Shown here: one piece after another, positions 35,501 through 50,500 of the stretch
Position numbering within the stretch: position 1 is the first letter of the stretch
How the letters are laid out: every line of letters begins with the position of its first letter
Origin: Leucoraja ocellata
Taxonomy: Eukaryota
DNA: 64,000 nucleotides
NCBI GenBank assembly: GCA_036785375.1
Contig: JAWMAR010000013.1
Span: 1,426,001 to 1,490,000 of the forward strand
Reading direction: 5' to 3'
Notes under the pieces: model-generated
Databases searched by the model: none
What the model was told of the DNA's origin: nothing
Seen by the model: only the letters and a program-made list of their open reading frames with translations
Translations under genes and position numbers: made by a program

Positions 35501-38500
35501 AAGGTTCTCCTGTCCCATATACCTCCTCAGATGCTACCTCACTCATAGAAACATAGAAATTAGGTGCAGGAGTAGGCCATTCGGCCCTTCGAGCCTGCAC
35601 CGCCATTCAATATGATCATGGCTGATCATCCAACTCGGTATCCTGTACCTGCCTTCCCTCCATACCCCCTGATCCCTTTAGCCACAAGGGATGCACACAG
35701 ACTGATGTAGGAATCTAGTCCTTTCCCCGTGACCATCACATTCCACAGACCTGAATGATCTGCATCTTTTTCACAGTTACTGCACCACAGTCAAGTCTCC
35801 TATGTCCAGATACCATAACCTGGTTTTATAATAGTCCTTCCGTTCCTTTGATCTCTCTAAGCTCCTTCACTTCCTGCTCAGTGACCACCAAGCTCTTAAG
35901 AAGCGACACAGGCTGCAATGACCTGTAAATGATAAGTGCACACAATCCTTCGCCAGAAATAAGACCATGAAAATAGACACTTGGTCAATGTGATGAATCC
36001 TTTCCCAGTCGCATAGCTGTTGCAATCACCTGAATCGGCTTCCACTTTTCATAGAGAACCACAAAGGGCCCCACACACAGACAAAAGGAAAGGGACATCG
36101 CCTGACCTTAACGGCCACCTTTGTGAGCAGCTGCCATTGAAGATGGACAGAACCCAGCATGTAAATACCAAGTGTCAGCACACACCGAGTTTCTGCTGTA
36201 CATGGCCAGTAGGGCAGCCTGAAGCAATGCCATAGGGCAGGCGCAGAGTACCCCAACAAGTTGGGCTGCAAACCCTGGACATTTCCACAGGCAAAGTTTC
36301 AATTGCCCAGGTAATGAATCAAGCGATAAGCAGGAAATGCCATTCAGCCCATCATGCCTGCTCCACCATTCAATAAGATTCTGGCAGATCTTTTACCTCA
36401 GTCAACGAACCCTGGATCCCTTGATCCAATAAACATGTGATTTATTGTTATTTATTTATTAAATGAGATAATTTATGGGACATTTGCCCAGCTAATGCTG
36501 ATTCAATCCTCAGCCCCTTGCAAATAATGATACACTGCATTTGTGAGGGGCTTCAGAGATCATGCTGCAGCTTCAGCTATTTTCAATCTATATTACTGAG
36601 TAGATGAAGGCGACGAGGCTGTCTAGAGGAACTAATAGGCACGTTGGGTCTATGGCCCCAGGAATTTAGAACGATGAGAAGTGAACATGTTGAAAGTGCA
36701 AGAGTCTGATATCACTTAACAAGGCAGATGCAACGTTTCCCCTTCTGGGTAGTCTAGAATCTTGAAGACTGCAACCAGGAGGAATATTTTCTCTGCATGT
36801 CTTGTGCAAGATGGACCATTATACGTTGAGAAAGCCTCTCTGGTCTAAAGGGGAGTTGAGGGTGAGGGGGAAAGTGATCTTTCTGCTCCTCTTACGGTCA
36901 CTCTGACCATCACTATCTCCACTACACATTCTATTAGAATTGCATTTAAGCTGCTCCTTCCATCAACTCTACTTCACCCCCTCCTCTAGACTGTAATGAC
37001 CCCATCACTAATACTGCCCTTCCCCCCCCCCCCCCCCGCCCCCCACTTCACCAAGCGGGACACTGATCCATTCGCCACCAACACTAGCCTACTTTGTGCT
37101 CATCCTGTGTAACACCAAACCCACTAACTGCACCTGTGCCCATCCTGCACAAGGTGTATTCTACTCACCACTAACAGCCTCTTCCTCCTGTCCCCACCCT
37201 GTAAGAAATAAAGAAACAGACTAGATTTACAAAGAATCTATTATCTCCCATGGACAAGACAAACACTTTACTGCCAAAGTACCTCGCACTCATCACTCCC
37301 AGTCCCTTAGATCCAGTGTTAACTCATCCTCCTACACAGTGTGAATCCCAGTCTTCACAAACAACACTCCCTGACTGGTGCTAATCCGACTCCCAATACC
37401 ACCTTTTGTGCAATGCTAATCCCATTTAATTCCTCCATAGTCCCAATTCCACTCGGCAATAATGCCATCTCCTGTCTAGTACTAATCACATTCATTTTAA
37501 AACCACTCCAAGTCACACTGTAACCTAACTTGGAAATATATTATTGTTCTTTCAACGTTGCAAGATTGTAACCCTGAAGTCTTACCCCAACGACATTGTG
37601 GGAGCATCTACACCAGGTGGTTCAAGGAGGCAGCTCGACATTGGTTAAATGTTGCCCTTGGCAGCAACACCCAATCCCAAACACGGATAAAAAGAACCAC
37701 TGTCTCACACGGTGCTAATCCCACTTTCCATAAACAGCAGTTCCTGCACAAACCTTCTTCATCTGTACCCCCACTTTCCATTAACAACCATCTCTGCCTT
37801 TAACCACAAGTGTAATAGCAATCCCATTGAATGCTGCTTACGGAATTCATCGTCAACATTTCATTTCTTTAGATTATCATGAAATTGTGAACAGTAAATC
37901 ATTAAACGAGATTCAAGGCCGAAATTCATGATGAAATCTGAGAGTTGTCGTCCTCGGTTCAAGGCCCCTTGGTAGGTTTTGAAACGAACAGTGGGTGTGA
38001 AGGTGTCCTACCTGTCACTCCCCTGCCCTGCCACATTTAGCCTCTGCTTTTGAGATGGCAGATCATCCAAGAAGTTCTTGTCCAATCCCTCATCAGGGAC
38101 AAAATCATCAACACATTGTGTCTTGCCATCTTCCTCAGGGGACACCGGAGTTACAGCATCTGTATAGGAAGGGGAGAGAACATGGGCAAGGAAATTGAGA
38201 GACAAGCATTGGGGAACAGAGGACCATTAATTGATTTATTACTGTCATGTGTTCTGAGATGCAGAGAAAAACTTTGTTTTGTTTGCTATCGAGGCCAACC
38301 ATACCATACACGAGATCAGGGAGTGCAAAGACAAATTTAACAAAGTACAGAATATAGTGCTACAGCTACAGAAGAAGTGCAAAGGCTGCATTGAAATAGA
38401 TTGGACGATTGGGAAATTCATCCCTGGCATACGAGAGGTCAGTTCAAGAGTCCGACAACAACGAGAAAGAATATGGTGGTTTGCGCATTCAAGTTTTTGG

Positions 38501-41500
38501 ACCTTCTGCCAAACCAGAGACAATTTGTTGCTGATAAGAAAGACAAGGAGGTACCAATTCCATCAGATGTTACAAAAGAAAGAACTAAGACATTGAATTT
38601 ACAGTCTGGGATCAATGAAGCAAACATTCAAACTGCAATGTTCACACATTGCTTACTTGTGTAAAATAAGAGTAAGAAGGAAGCAGCGGCCACTGAGGCC
38701 TTGGGGGTTGCAATTTTGAACAGTTAGGAAAACAACAATTGATTAAAACCAAAGGAAGATTGGTTAAAAAAAAAATCATTAATGATTCACTCTCCACAGT
38801 TGCCATCCAACCTACCAATATTTCAATTTTAATTTCAGACATACAGATTCTAAAGTACTTTGCTTTAAGATTATATGGATAAATTGGGTGGCAATTAACT
38901 GTTCAATGACAGAACTTGGAAAACTCATTTAGTGGGCCACCAGGCTGCTTTTACTGGTAACATGAACATCCTAAATAAAGAATGAGGAGATTGACAATTG
39001 ATGTCCTCATTCTACCACTTTACTACCTGCACTAATATGGAAAATGGGAGCATCCAGCCTATTCCCTGTTATAATCCCCACTATATTCGCTCTTCCAGAA
39101 TTCCCCTTATCTTAGCTCATTCTACCCGTCGAGTGCACTTCTCTTGATTCTCCATAGGAACAGAATCCCAAATGGTCTCCTGTAACCACTGACTATAGGA
39201 AGTTCTCCACTGACAGCAGAAGAACTCCTGCCTGCTTTGCTTCTGGAATACCTGGCCCTTGATGCCTCCTGCACCCCATCTGAAGGTGGTTTTTGTTCCA
39301 ACTATCAGTGAACATTGAAGGTACACAAAAATACTGGAGAAACTCAGTGGGTGCAGCAGCATCTATGGAGCGAAGTAATAGGCAAGGTTTGGGGTTGAAA
39401 CCCTTCTTCAGACTCATTGAACATTGAACATTGTTTATTCCTGGCATTGGTTCAGTCCTTACCAGGCTGAGTGGCTGGAGTATCAGGCGCGAAGGAGGAT
39501 CCAAAGAGTCGGGACATGAAGCTGCGTTTCTGAACCATGGGCGCAGCCTGGGTGCTGGCGGGAGACGGGGCACTGACCGGCACAGATGGCTCAGCGGTGG
39601 GGGACACAGATGGAGGGAGAGGGGACATTGACGGAGTGGGTGGTGCTTGGACAGAAGGCTGAGGAGTCCCTGGGCTGGAGTTGGTGGTGGAAGCCGAGCT
39701 TGGTGGCACCACAGGTGACTGTGACCCCGATGATGGGCTTTGCTCATTGCCTGCCATGGGCGAATTGAAGTTCCGATTCTTATTATCCATCAGCTCAAGA
39801 AATCTGGAAAACAAAAACCAAACACAGAAAATGTTGGTGGGGCAGCACCTGTGGAGAAGGCTCATCAACCTGGAAGGCAAGTGTCTTTGGGCATTCCATG
39901 TTGGAACTTGCTTGTCTATATTAGAGCATCTATCTTATGGATTCCTAAAAACATAATGCATAATTACAAAGCATTTCTGACTGAATGAACAGCTAATGTA
40001 CTACCACACCATCATATTGACAACTACAAAATCAAGGCAAGAGCACCCGGTTGTTGGTTTTATACCATGTCCTCCATAATATTTGGGACAAAGACCCATC
40101 ATTTATTTATTTGCCTCTGTACTACACAATTTGAGATTTGTAATAGAAAAAAATCACATGTGGTTAAAGTGCACATTGTCAGATTTTATTAAAGGCAGCT
40201 CAACACGAAGTGTCTTTGCGAGGTTTTTGACAAATTTATATAAACCACTTGCTGGCCATCCTTCCTTGATACAGTCATGGAGGTACCTTACGCAAGGATG
40301 CATCACCTGTCACATAAGTAGATGTGCCTATTATTATGAGGTATGGACACAGGAGGGGCAAAATACGGCATCACCCATTTAAGACCGAGATGAAAAGGAT
40401 TTTATTCTTTCATCATGTTGGGAATCTTTATCAGCATGACTTTTGAGCACTCAAATCCCACACCCGGTTCCAGCAATCTGAGGAGACTGCTTCATCAATA
40501 TCTGTTGTAAGCAAATGGTCTCACCCTCAGAGTAACAAATTTCTGTTACACAATGGGTCATAGGCAGACACGCTTCTTATCTTGAACCCTCAATAGTCAT
40601 GCAAGCTTTGGAGGGAATTAATTGACACAGATCGAAATAGAGGATAATTATAATCAAAATTCTACTGCCAAGCCAGGATTCCAAACACAACACTGAAAGA
40701 CAAGTCAGAAATTCACAGTTTTGAGCCTGCTACATTTGCAGAAAATGTTCAAAAACCCGAGCGGTTTGTCAAAACAATGAACTGACTTCTGACGATTCCA
40801 CCCACCTGGTCAATCACACAACCGGCGTCAAGACAGAGTTACAATTTAGCATGTGATGAGGATCGCCTTTCCAGTCGCTCCCAACTCCTAATCAAAATCC
40901 AGGTTGGTCTCCTTACTGAGCTGATTACAGAATTATATCAACAGGTTGCTGTCGAGGGGACGGGGAGGATTAGAGAAGGGGGTGGTAGACACTGTAGTTA
41001 AAAACCTTTGCAAGGGTGCACTGCACGTTGTGAATCCAGGCGTCCCCACACTGGAACTGTTTTTCTTGCTGCAAGGTGGCCAGACAAAGGAAAACTGATC
41101 TCTTGTGCAGCAACTCATCCCACATTACAATAGCTTTAAATAAATAAATTAGAGCCCAGGCACTACAGATTCAATATCAGGGACACGAGTCTTCTCTTAC
41201 AGATCATAACTGATCTGACACCATTTGTGGCTCTCATCCAAGGATAGTGTTATCCCACTCATCATGACCAACCGCCAGGTACGGTTCATTATGGGCATTA
41301 AAAACGGGCATCAAGGCCAAGAAAACTCCATTGAGCACATCACACTGATCACCACAACGTGCCAGTGCATCAACTCCATCTCCTTCCCAAGAACCAGCCT
41401 GCCCTGATGCTCCTGAACCATTCCCCATTAAGTCCTGTCCACACCGGATAGCCTGGAGGTATTTCATTCCTATAGCATGTCCAAGGAAAACATGGGGTTA

Positions 41501-44500
41501 TGTACCTCTCAAAGTTTATACACGTTTGATGGGGTGTAGGTGATGTGGTTAGGTTATTCATGGGTGTTAGGTTTTATACCAGTCATGGTCATGTGATGAT
41601 GGGCTGTTGGTGATGCACCTTAGTGGGGTGTTGGAGATATGCCCCAGTTATAGTCTACCAAGGATGGGGCGTTGGAGATAAACACCAGTTACAGTCGGGT
41701 GAGGATTGTTTGTTGGTGATATATACCCTGTCATGTTCTAGTGCGGGTGGGGTGCTGGAGATATATCCCGACTCTGGGACTGACTGCTGACCAATGCCAT
41801 GGAACATCAGAGACAATCTGGTAAATACTGGCATCAGATTCCAATTAAATACCTAGAGCACACCTGGGTCGTCGTCCAATTTCTCCTCTGATAAATAAGA
41901 ATATTTTGAAGTAAGCTGTCTTTCGTTGATTGACTTTGTGAACATTTATCTGCTATTCATGTTGTCTAATGCCCCTGTCCCACTTAGGAAACCTGAACGG
42001 AAACCTCTGGAGACATTGCGCCCCACCCAAGGTTTCCCTGCGGTTCCCGGAGGTTTTGGTCAGTCTCCCTACCTGCTTCCACTACCTGCAACCTCCGGCA
42101 ACCACCTGCAACCTCCAGGAACCTTGGGTGGGGCGCAAAGTCTCCAGAGGTTTCCGTTCAGGTTTCCTAAGTGGGACAGGGGCATAACCAAGCCATGGGC
42201 AGATAGGGATTTACAAATTCAGTTAGATCAAAGGTCCAGTACTAGATCAGTCTGACTCCACCTGTACAAATGTCAGCTTTGTTTGGTGGTAATAAGCTTG
42301 CTTCAGGCATAACACAGTTCAACCTCTTGAGCACACAATTCCAGTTGCTTCTTCATTGCACACTGGAGGAAAGATACACTATCAAAGATACCCATTTTTT
42401 AAAGGTGTGCTGAATGGAAGGTCCCAGTCACACTCTGGGGTGGAGATAGAAGATTCCCCGACACTGGGCACTGACACGAACAAACACCCTCTTAACTTGT
42501 CTGTCACCATCTTACCAGTTAATATTTAGGGAACCTTACTGAGGAAGATTTTTTTTAAAGTACCAAGCAGGATACTTCAAATAATTGCATCACTGTGAAC
42601 ACACGGCACATTTTATAAATACAAATTCTTTCTTGGAGACACTTCATAGCTTCAGCTAAATTTTCCATTTTTATGCAAATTTTTATTTTACGCATATTTT
42701 TATGGAGAAAAAAAAAAAGAATGTCACAGCATAACACCACATTCAGAACATATCCAGAGCTAATTCAAATGGAATTCATCCACTAACAGCTGACAAAAAC
42801 AAAGCTGAATTTATACCTACAGATCATAGTTTTGGTCCTCAGTCTCATGCTGTACGGAGAGTTCTTCCAATGTGGCATCAATGTCCAGCTGATTGGTCTC
42901 CAATTGCCTCAGCAACGTCTCTCTCTGAAGGAAGAAAAGACCAAGAGGGTGTTGAATCTGTGGAATTCATTGCCACAGACGGTCGTGTTGACCAAGACAT
43001 TGGGTATTTTTAAAGCGGAGATTGATAGGCTTTTCCTAAGGACGTAAGGTTATGGGAAGAAGGCAGGAGAATATAGTTGAGGAGGAAAAATAGATCCGTC
43101 ACGATCGAATTCCAGAGCAGACTCGATAGGTCAAATGGCCTATTTCAGCTCCCATGTCTTATGGCCAGTCAACAATCAGGACACAAGACATCCACTCAAC
43201 TACACACCAGAACCAACACAAATTATCATTCAATGCTCCAGATTTCATCATTGTACACCAATATAAAAATTAAAACATTGCTAATGGGCTCTTTCTCAGT
43301 CCTTAAATATGAGCAATTTCTCTTTCCACAGATGATGCCTCAATTCTTTGTTCTAACTCAGACTTTACCCTCTTCTCTCGGTTATCTCCTGCGAAGGATA
43401 GACTAGTGGGGATCCGTGGAAGTCCAGTCACAAACTCTGCCATCTCACTGCCATTCAACCCAGAAAATATGAATTAAAAAAATACTTAAAACTATTGGAC
43501 TGTTAAATCATTTTAAATGGATAAATTCCGCGTTAGTACCACTATATTCAAGGAACAGCGAGGGTCAGACAGAGAGAACAATAAAAGAATGGGAAAGACC
43601 ATCTCTTATTTGCATTCATTTAATACCCACACTCAACAAGAAATAAGTTTTACATAATTTAGGTGGCGCATAGAGAACCTGAACCCAAGGTCAGGTTACA
43701 GTAAAACAGACATAAATTCCAAATATTAATGGGCGTATACCAAAAAAAAATCAAAAAAAATCAGACTTTCTCTGGAGTCTGCCATCATTTTATAAGATCA
43801 AAGTAAACGTGCATTTTTCCCCGATCCATCCCAAAATCTTTTGATTCCACCATGGCTAAATCCAGCATTCTTGAATATATTGATCATCTGCACATCTGCA
43901 GTTCTCTGGTTAGAGGTCTGAAAAGGTGTACAATCTTAAGAGTAAAGAAATCTTCTCATATCAGTCTGAAATGTTTAGTCTCCTATCCCTTCTCCCTGCC
44001 TGCTGAAGACTCTTCAGTTAGCAGAAATAACATTTTAAAGGTTACACAAAAGACACAGCTCTTGAAGCAGTTTCCTCACAGTTCCAGAGACCCAGATTTG
44101 CATCAGTCCTACAGTCTGTGTAGAGTTTGCACATTTTCCCTGTGACCATGTGGGTTTATACAGAGTTTCCTCTGGGTACTCGTTTTCCCCCACTTCCTAA
44201 AGACATGTTGGTCAGTTGGTTAACGGTCTCTGTAAAATTTCCCTGACTATGTGTAGAGCAGTGGAATCTGATGAGAGTTAATGTGAATGAAAAAAACTGG
44301 ATTAATGTAGGATTAGTGTAAATGGTTGGTTAGGATGGTTGGTGTGGAAACAGTGAGCAAAAACCCTGTTTCTACAATTTCTCTCTCTCTCTCTCTATGA
44401 CACAGACTAAAATGGGTGCCAAGGGGGTTGCTTAGCCCTGGGTTACAATGAGCCTCTTGAAAATGACTGTAGCTGCACCTATCCAGGCAAGTACAGAGAA

Positions 44501-47500
44501 TTCCATCGCACTGCCGACATGCCTTGAACATGGTGAAAAGCCTTTGGGTATCAGGAGGTGAGTTATTCTCCACAGGCTACTACGTCATATGCTCATAACG
44601 TTTTCATAACCAATGATGATACCAGGAAATTAATAGTTGTGGTGGGAAGATGGGTGGAGGGAGGTTCAGCAACAATAGTACTGTATGGAATAGACAGATA
44701 GAATCGGAAATGCGAAGTAGCTGGATTTTCTTTTGATGAGCAAGAGCCCACTAAAGTGCAGCTTGCACATTATTTCACAGCCTTGCTGCACGTGGCCAGG
44801 ATCTCCTTCAGTATCTTGAGTTCATCATGCTTTGATGTAATGATTGGTCTTACAATGCAAATGACAGTTCTGCGAATATGTTGCTGTGTTCATTACACAA
44901 GGGCAAGGTTATATTGTGCATTATCAAGTGATGACGTGCGGCCGTTGTCAGCAGGTCATATTGGATGGTGCCAAAGGGTTTGTTTCCATGCTGTATCTTT
45001 AAACTAAACAAATACAAAATATTTTGGCCAATCATTCAGTGTAAATGGCAGCTAAATCTGATATTAATCATAAGGGGAAGAAAACCACTATTTAAGAATC
45101 TACTCTGCTTGTTCCCACAGCCCTTAACTTAGAAAATATTGTTTTTTTCTTTCACAAACAGCACTGCTGTATTGGGCTTGTGGGAACAATGAACAAAAGC
45201 ACGGGCTTTTATTAGCCATCACTATAGCCCAAAGCACAATGATCCGCAGCAGTGTTTATCAGAACTATGGAACATTATACACAATACTAACGACATGTGA
45301 TACCGCTCGCATCTAAAATTAAAATGGACTTACTGCTTTTACTGACATAGCCTTAAACTAAAAGTCAAATTCTCCTTTGACAAAAGTTCAACATTTTGCA
45401 CCACTGACCCAGAAGATATTTGAATGGCCATTGAATGGGAAGGAATTTTTTTTTTATTATTTTTTTTTTTTAAATCAGCCAAGATTCCTGGATCTGCTTC
45501 CAATGTAGAACCCCCACTAGAAACGGTGTCGTAGCGGCCATTGGGACAGAACACTGGCTCAGCTGATACAGTGCAATTGATCTGCCTCATGAATGAGCTA
45601 CTGTCAGGTTGCTTCTGTACTACATTCCCCGACATCGACATCACAACTTCAAACTTTAAGTTTATACCACATGAAGACTTAGAAATCATCAATTGCTTGA
45701 TTATATATTTTCAAACCAACCATGCACAGATTATACAAACAGTCTGAGTGAACTCGATAGGATTGTGTCAGGTTTCAAATTCAGTAAAGGGGAATTCAAG
45801 TATCTGGCATTCCCCTTCCCACACTAACCTTTTTGTCCTAGGCCTCCTCCATTGTCAGAGTGAGGCCAAGCAATTTGGAAGAACAGCACCTCATATTTTG
45901 CTTGGGCAATTTACAATCCAGCGGTATGAACATTGATTTCTCTAACATTCAAGTAACCCTTGCATCCCCTCTCTCTCCATCCCTCCCCACCCGGTCGTAC
46001 TAGCTTCAAAGTTGGCTTGAGTCTGATTGTCCGTAACTCATTTTCACCTTGCCCTCAGCTAACAACGGCCTGTTTCCTTTATCATTGTTACTTTTTTGCA
46101 TATCTTTCATTCATTTGTTCTGTATCACTCTATATCACTGTCTATATCTCTAATTTCCCTTTCCCCTGACTCTCAGTCTGAAGAAGGGTCTTGACCCGAA
46201 AAGACGCCTATTCCTTTTCTCCAGAGATGCTGTCTGACCCGGTATTACTCCAGCTTTTTGTGTCGATCTTCGATTTAAACCAGCAGTTCCTTTCTACACT
46301 ATACTAGCATCTACCCTGGCATTCGGCCATGTATCTAGGTGGGCCCAGTTCACAAATAATTGGGCACGTAATTTTTCATACTCAATACCCTGACCAACGA
46401 AGGCGAGTATGCTATACACCTTCTTTGCCACTGTTTCCCCTTGTGTTGCATCTTTCAGAAAGCTATGAATTTGTAGCCCAAAATCCCTCGGTGCATCAAT
46501 GTTCCTAAGGGTGTTGTCATTTACTATACTTTCCTCTTATAGTTGGCTTCCCAAAGAGTAATATCACATTTGTCTGGATTAAACTCCATCTGCCATTTCT
46601 CTGCCCACACTTTTAACTGATTTATGTGCTGCTCTATCATTTTACAACTCCAATGTTCATGTTCTCTGCACAGATCCCTGCAGAACACCATTGGTCTTAG
46701 ACATGTCAGTAAAACACCCCTCTTGAAGAAATTACATTTTATGGTAGTTTACTAATGACTTGCGTGGTATACATATAATGTAATTTACCTTTAGAAGCTT
46801 GTGACAATCAAAGTTAACTCTGCATTCTCTCCTTTATTTATTCATGGGTGTGAATGTCACTGGCTAATCTCACATTTATGACCCTTCACCTCTTGCTACT
46901 GAAGTGTTGAGCTATTTCAGGAAGTAGTCGACAGTCAATGATGGCTCCACTACCATCAGTCTTTTATTCGCCAGACACCTTTGGATCCAATTTACCAACT
47001 CATGGTGGATTCCATGTGACTTAATACTCTGGAGCAGCCTACCATGAGAGACTTTGTCAAATTGTTTACCTATGTCCATATGGCCAACGTCCACTGTCCT
47101 ACCCTCATCAATCATCTTCGTCATTTTCTCACATAGCCCATCTCTAATAGTTCTATGCTTTTTCAAATGCGAGTACATACTGCCTCCAAGATTCTTCTCC
47201 AATTATTTCCCGACCACTGACGTAAGGCTCTCCTGCCTATTAGTTCCTGGTTTGTCCCTGTTTCACTTCTGAAACAAAGGCTCAACATCACCTATTCTTC
47301 AGTCTTTTGGCACCTCACCCAAGGCTGAAGAGGATACAAACATCTGTCAAGGCCCTGGCAATTTTATCCCTTGCTTCTCTCAGTATCGTGGAACGTTTCC
47401 TTCAGGCCCTGGGGTCTTATCCATCTTTCATGCTTTTCTAGAAACCATTCACCTTCCTAGGCTGAAGTTATTTGCCAAGACTACCTCAACAGCAACCCCC

Positions 47501-50500
47501 AAACTTGAAGACTCTACCACCAAGAAGAATAAGGGCAGTAAATGCAACGCCTCAATCACTTAATTCCATTAACTCAAAGATAGTTTCCAAGCCCTAGATT
47601 TTTATGAATGTTTAATTGATTGAATATCAAATCCAATATTATCTTTGCATAACACATTTATCTTAACATTGAATTTACATCACTTACCAAGATTTAAAAT
47701 TACTTGCATTTAAAACCAAATTATCTTCTCCCTATCCCCAACTTTTGTCGCTCTTTCCTTGGGACCTCCTATTGCCTCACCCACTGTCACCCTGCCTAAA
47801 TGATGAAATGCCAAGACAAGAGCCCTGTCTAGCCACATACTGTCCATTTTCCATCAACCTGGAACAATGGGTAGAGGGAACTTAAACAACCAAGAAGTTT
47901 CAACGATTTGGCATTTTAATGCCTTTAATGATGCTTTAAAAAAAATAATTAAGAAGAATGTGTACAATACACACGTAGAGAGAAATACATTGCAGCTGTA
48001 ATAGAAAATTCAAAGCCTGGTCAGCGCAGCTTACCTGCAACTGAAGAAAGGGAATATTGAAAAATTTGTGCAAGTACTTCAACCCGAAACCATTCCGCAT
48101 CGAAGACTCTGCATATTGAATATATGAAGATCTGGGTAACCTAATGATCAAAGAAAAGGCAACATTAATTGGGAAAAATAAAGACCGATTAGATTGACTG
48201 GTGTGATTCTCAGTGACACAGCAGGTTGTACTAACAATTACATCAAATTACATGGAGTGATAATCAGAAGTCAGCAGAGCTCACCCGTAGATGATGCACT
48301 ACATGAGCTTGCTTCCACATTATTAGCAAATGTATTCCATTCCTATTCCCCCTCATATTATAATCCAGTTTCTCATTCCCTTATTACTATCTGCCTCAAC
48401 TACCAATATGCTATAGCAAGTTACCACACTCTGGGGAGAAACATTTGTTTTATATCTTCTTTATCACAACAGTGACAACAGGTCAAAAAGTACTTCCCTT
48501 GGCTGCATATTTAAGAAGGAACTGCAGATGCTGCAAAATCAAAATGTTCAGTCTGTAGAAGGCTCTCGACCCGAAACATCGCCCATTTCCTTCGCTCCAT
48601 AGATGCTGCCTCACCCGCTGAGTTTCTCCAGCATTTTTGTCTCCTTTGGCTGCAAGGAGCTTTGGGGCATCCTGAAGTTTTGAAAGGTGCTTGCAAACGG
48701 CAAGTCTCTTCCCACTTCCCACATCTCCCATATCAAACAAGACACCAATCTCAAGCACCTAGTTACCTCCTAATTCACTCTAAACCAGCCTGCTCAGTTT
48801 CTTCTGATATTTGAAGACTAAGCTTTGGTCAGAAAGACTGGAGAACACCTCCTCTTCATCTAATAGTATTCTGCTAAGGATTTGCCTTGGGGTGTAAAAC
48901 CTATGTTGGTGGAAACACAAGACTACATACAAATGATCTACTGAAGGAACTCAACAGTTCGAACAACATTTGCAGTGGCAAGTGATTTCCACCCACAGAT
49001 GTTATTTGACCTGCTGAATTGTTCCAACAGGTTATTTGTTTATCCTTAGTTGAATGCTTGCATTTTAATGACAGCACCTCCAATCACCAATAATAATTAT
49101 TCATGCACGTTAGCCTACACAGCAGGTTCAAGTCCTGAAGGCTCAAGTTACTGTCTACTTAAGAGGCGCCAATCGTCAACAACTGCCTCCAAATACTGGA
49201 CAAACACAGCATTCCGGTACCAATTTTCCAATGTTCTGTAGATTCTGGATCAGTTACTGTGGATTGGAGGGTAGCTAATCTTATCCTACTTTTCAAGAAA
49301 GGAGGAAGAGAGAAAGCAGGGAGTTGTAGACTATTTAGCCTGACATCGGTGGTGGGGAAGATGCTGGAGTCGATTATCAAAGATGTAATACATTTGGATA
49401 GCAGTAGCAGGATCAGTCCAAGTCAGCATGAATTTACAAAGGGGGAATCATGCTCGACAAATCTTCTGGAATTTTTTGAGGATGTAACAAGTAAAATGGT
49501 CAAGGGAGAGCCAGTGGAAGTAGTGTACCTGGACTTTCAGAAAGCTTTTGATAAGGTCCCACACAGGACATTAGTGGGCAAAATTAGAGCACATGGTATA
49601 GGTGGTAGGGTATTGACATGGATAGAAAATTGTTTGGCAGAGAGAAAACAAAGAGTAAGGGGTAACAGGTCCCTTTCAGAATGGCAGGCAGTGACTAGTG
49701 GAGTGCCGCAGGGCTCGGTGCTGGGACCGCAGCTATTTGCAATATACATTAATGATTTAGATGAAGGAATTAAAAGCAACATTAGAAAATTTGCAGATGA
49801 CACAAATTGGGCGGCAGTGTGAACTGTGAAGAGGATGCTTTGAGAGTGCAGAGTGACTTGGGCAGGTTGGTTGAGTGGGCAGATGCATGGCAGGTGCAGT
49901 ATAATGTGGATAAATGTGAGATTATCCACTTTGGAGGCAAGAACGGGAAGGTGTCAGGTCAGGAAAAAGGGAAGTACAACAAAACCTGGTTGTCCTTGCA
50001 CATCAGTCGCTGAAAGTAAGCATACAGGTACAGAAGAAAGCTAATGGCATGTTGGCCTTTATAACAAAAGGAATCGAATATAGGAGCAAAGAGGTCCTTC
50101 TGCAGTTGTACAGGGCCCTGGTGAGACCACACCTGGAGTATTGTGTGCAGTTTTGGTCCCCTAAGCATTGGTTCACGAGGTTAATTCCCGGGATGGCGGG
50201 ACTGTCATATGATGAAAGAATGGAGTTACTGAGCTTGTTTTCACTGGAATTTAGAAGGACGAGAGGGAATCTTATAGAAACACATAAAATAATTAAGAGA
50301 TTGGACATGCTAGATGCAGGAAACATGTTCCCGATGTTGTGGTCCAGAACCAGGGGCCACATTTTAAGAATAAGGGGTAGACCATTTAGAACTGAGATGA
50401 GGAAAAACTTTTTCACACAGAGAGTTATGAATTTGTCTAATTCTCTGCCTCAGAAGGCAGTGGAGGCCGATTCACTAGATGCATTCAAAAAAGAGTTAGA

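Noticed and set aside
40853-40924. C/D-box snoRNA-like pattern (GTGATGA...CTGA)
   Set aside because: On the plus strand, antisense to the RABL6 host transcript; only a 3-bp terminal stem and no recognisable guide sequence
40940-41407. Cys patterns (CKG.C, SCC...LLCSN, TTTCQC) suggesting a nested cystine-knot gene on the plus strand
   Set aside because: Needs frameshifts and passage through stops; no coherent exon structure or recognisable family
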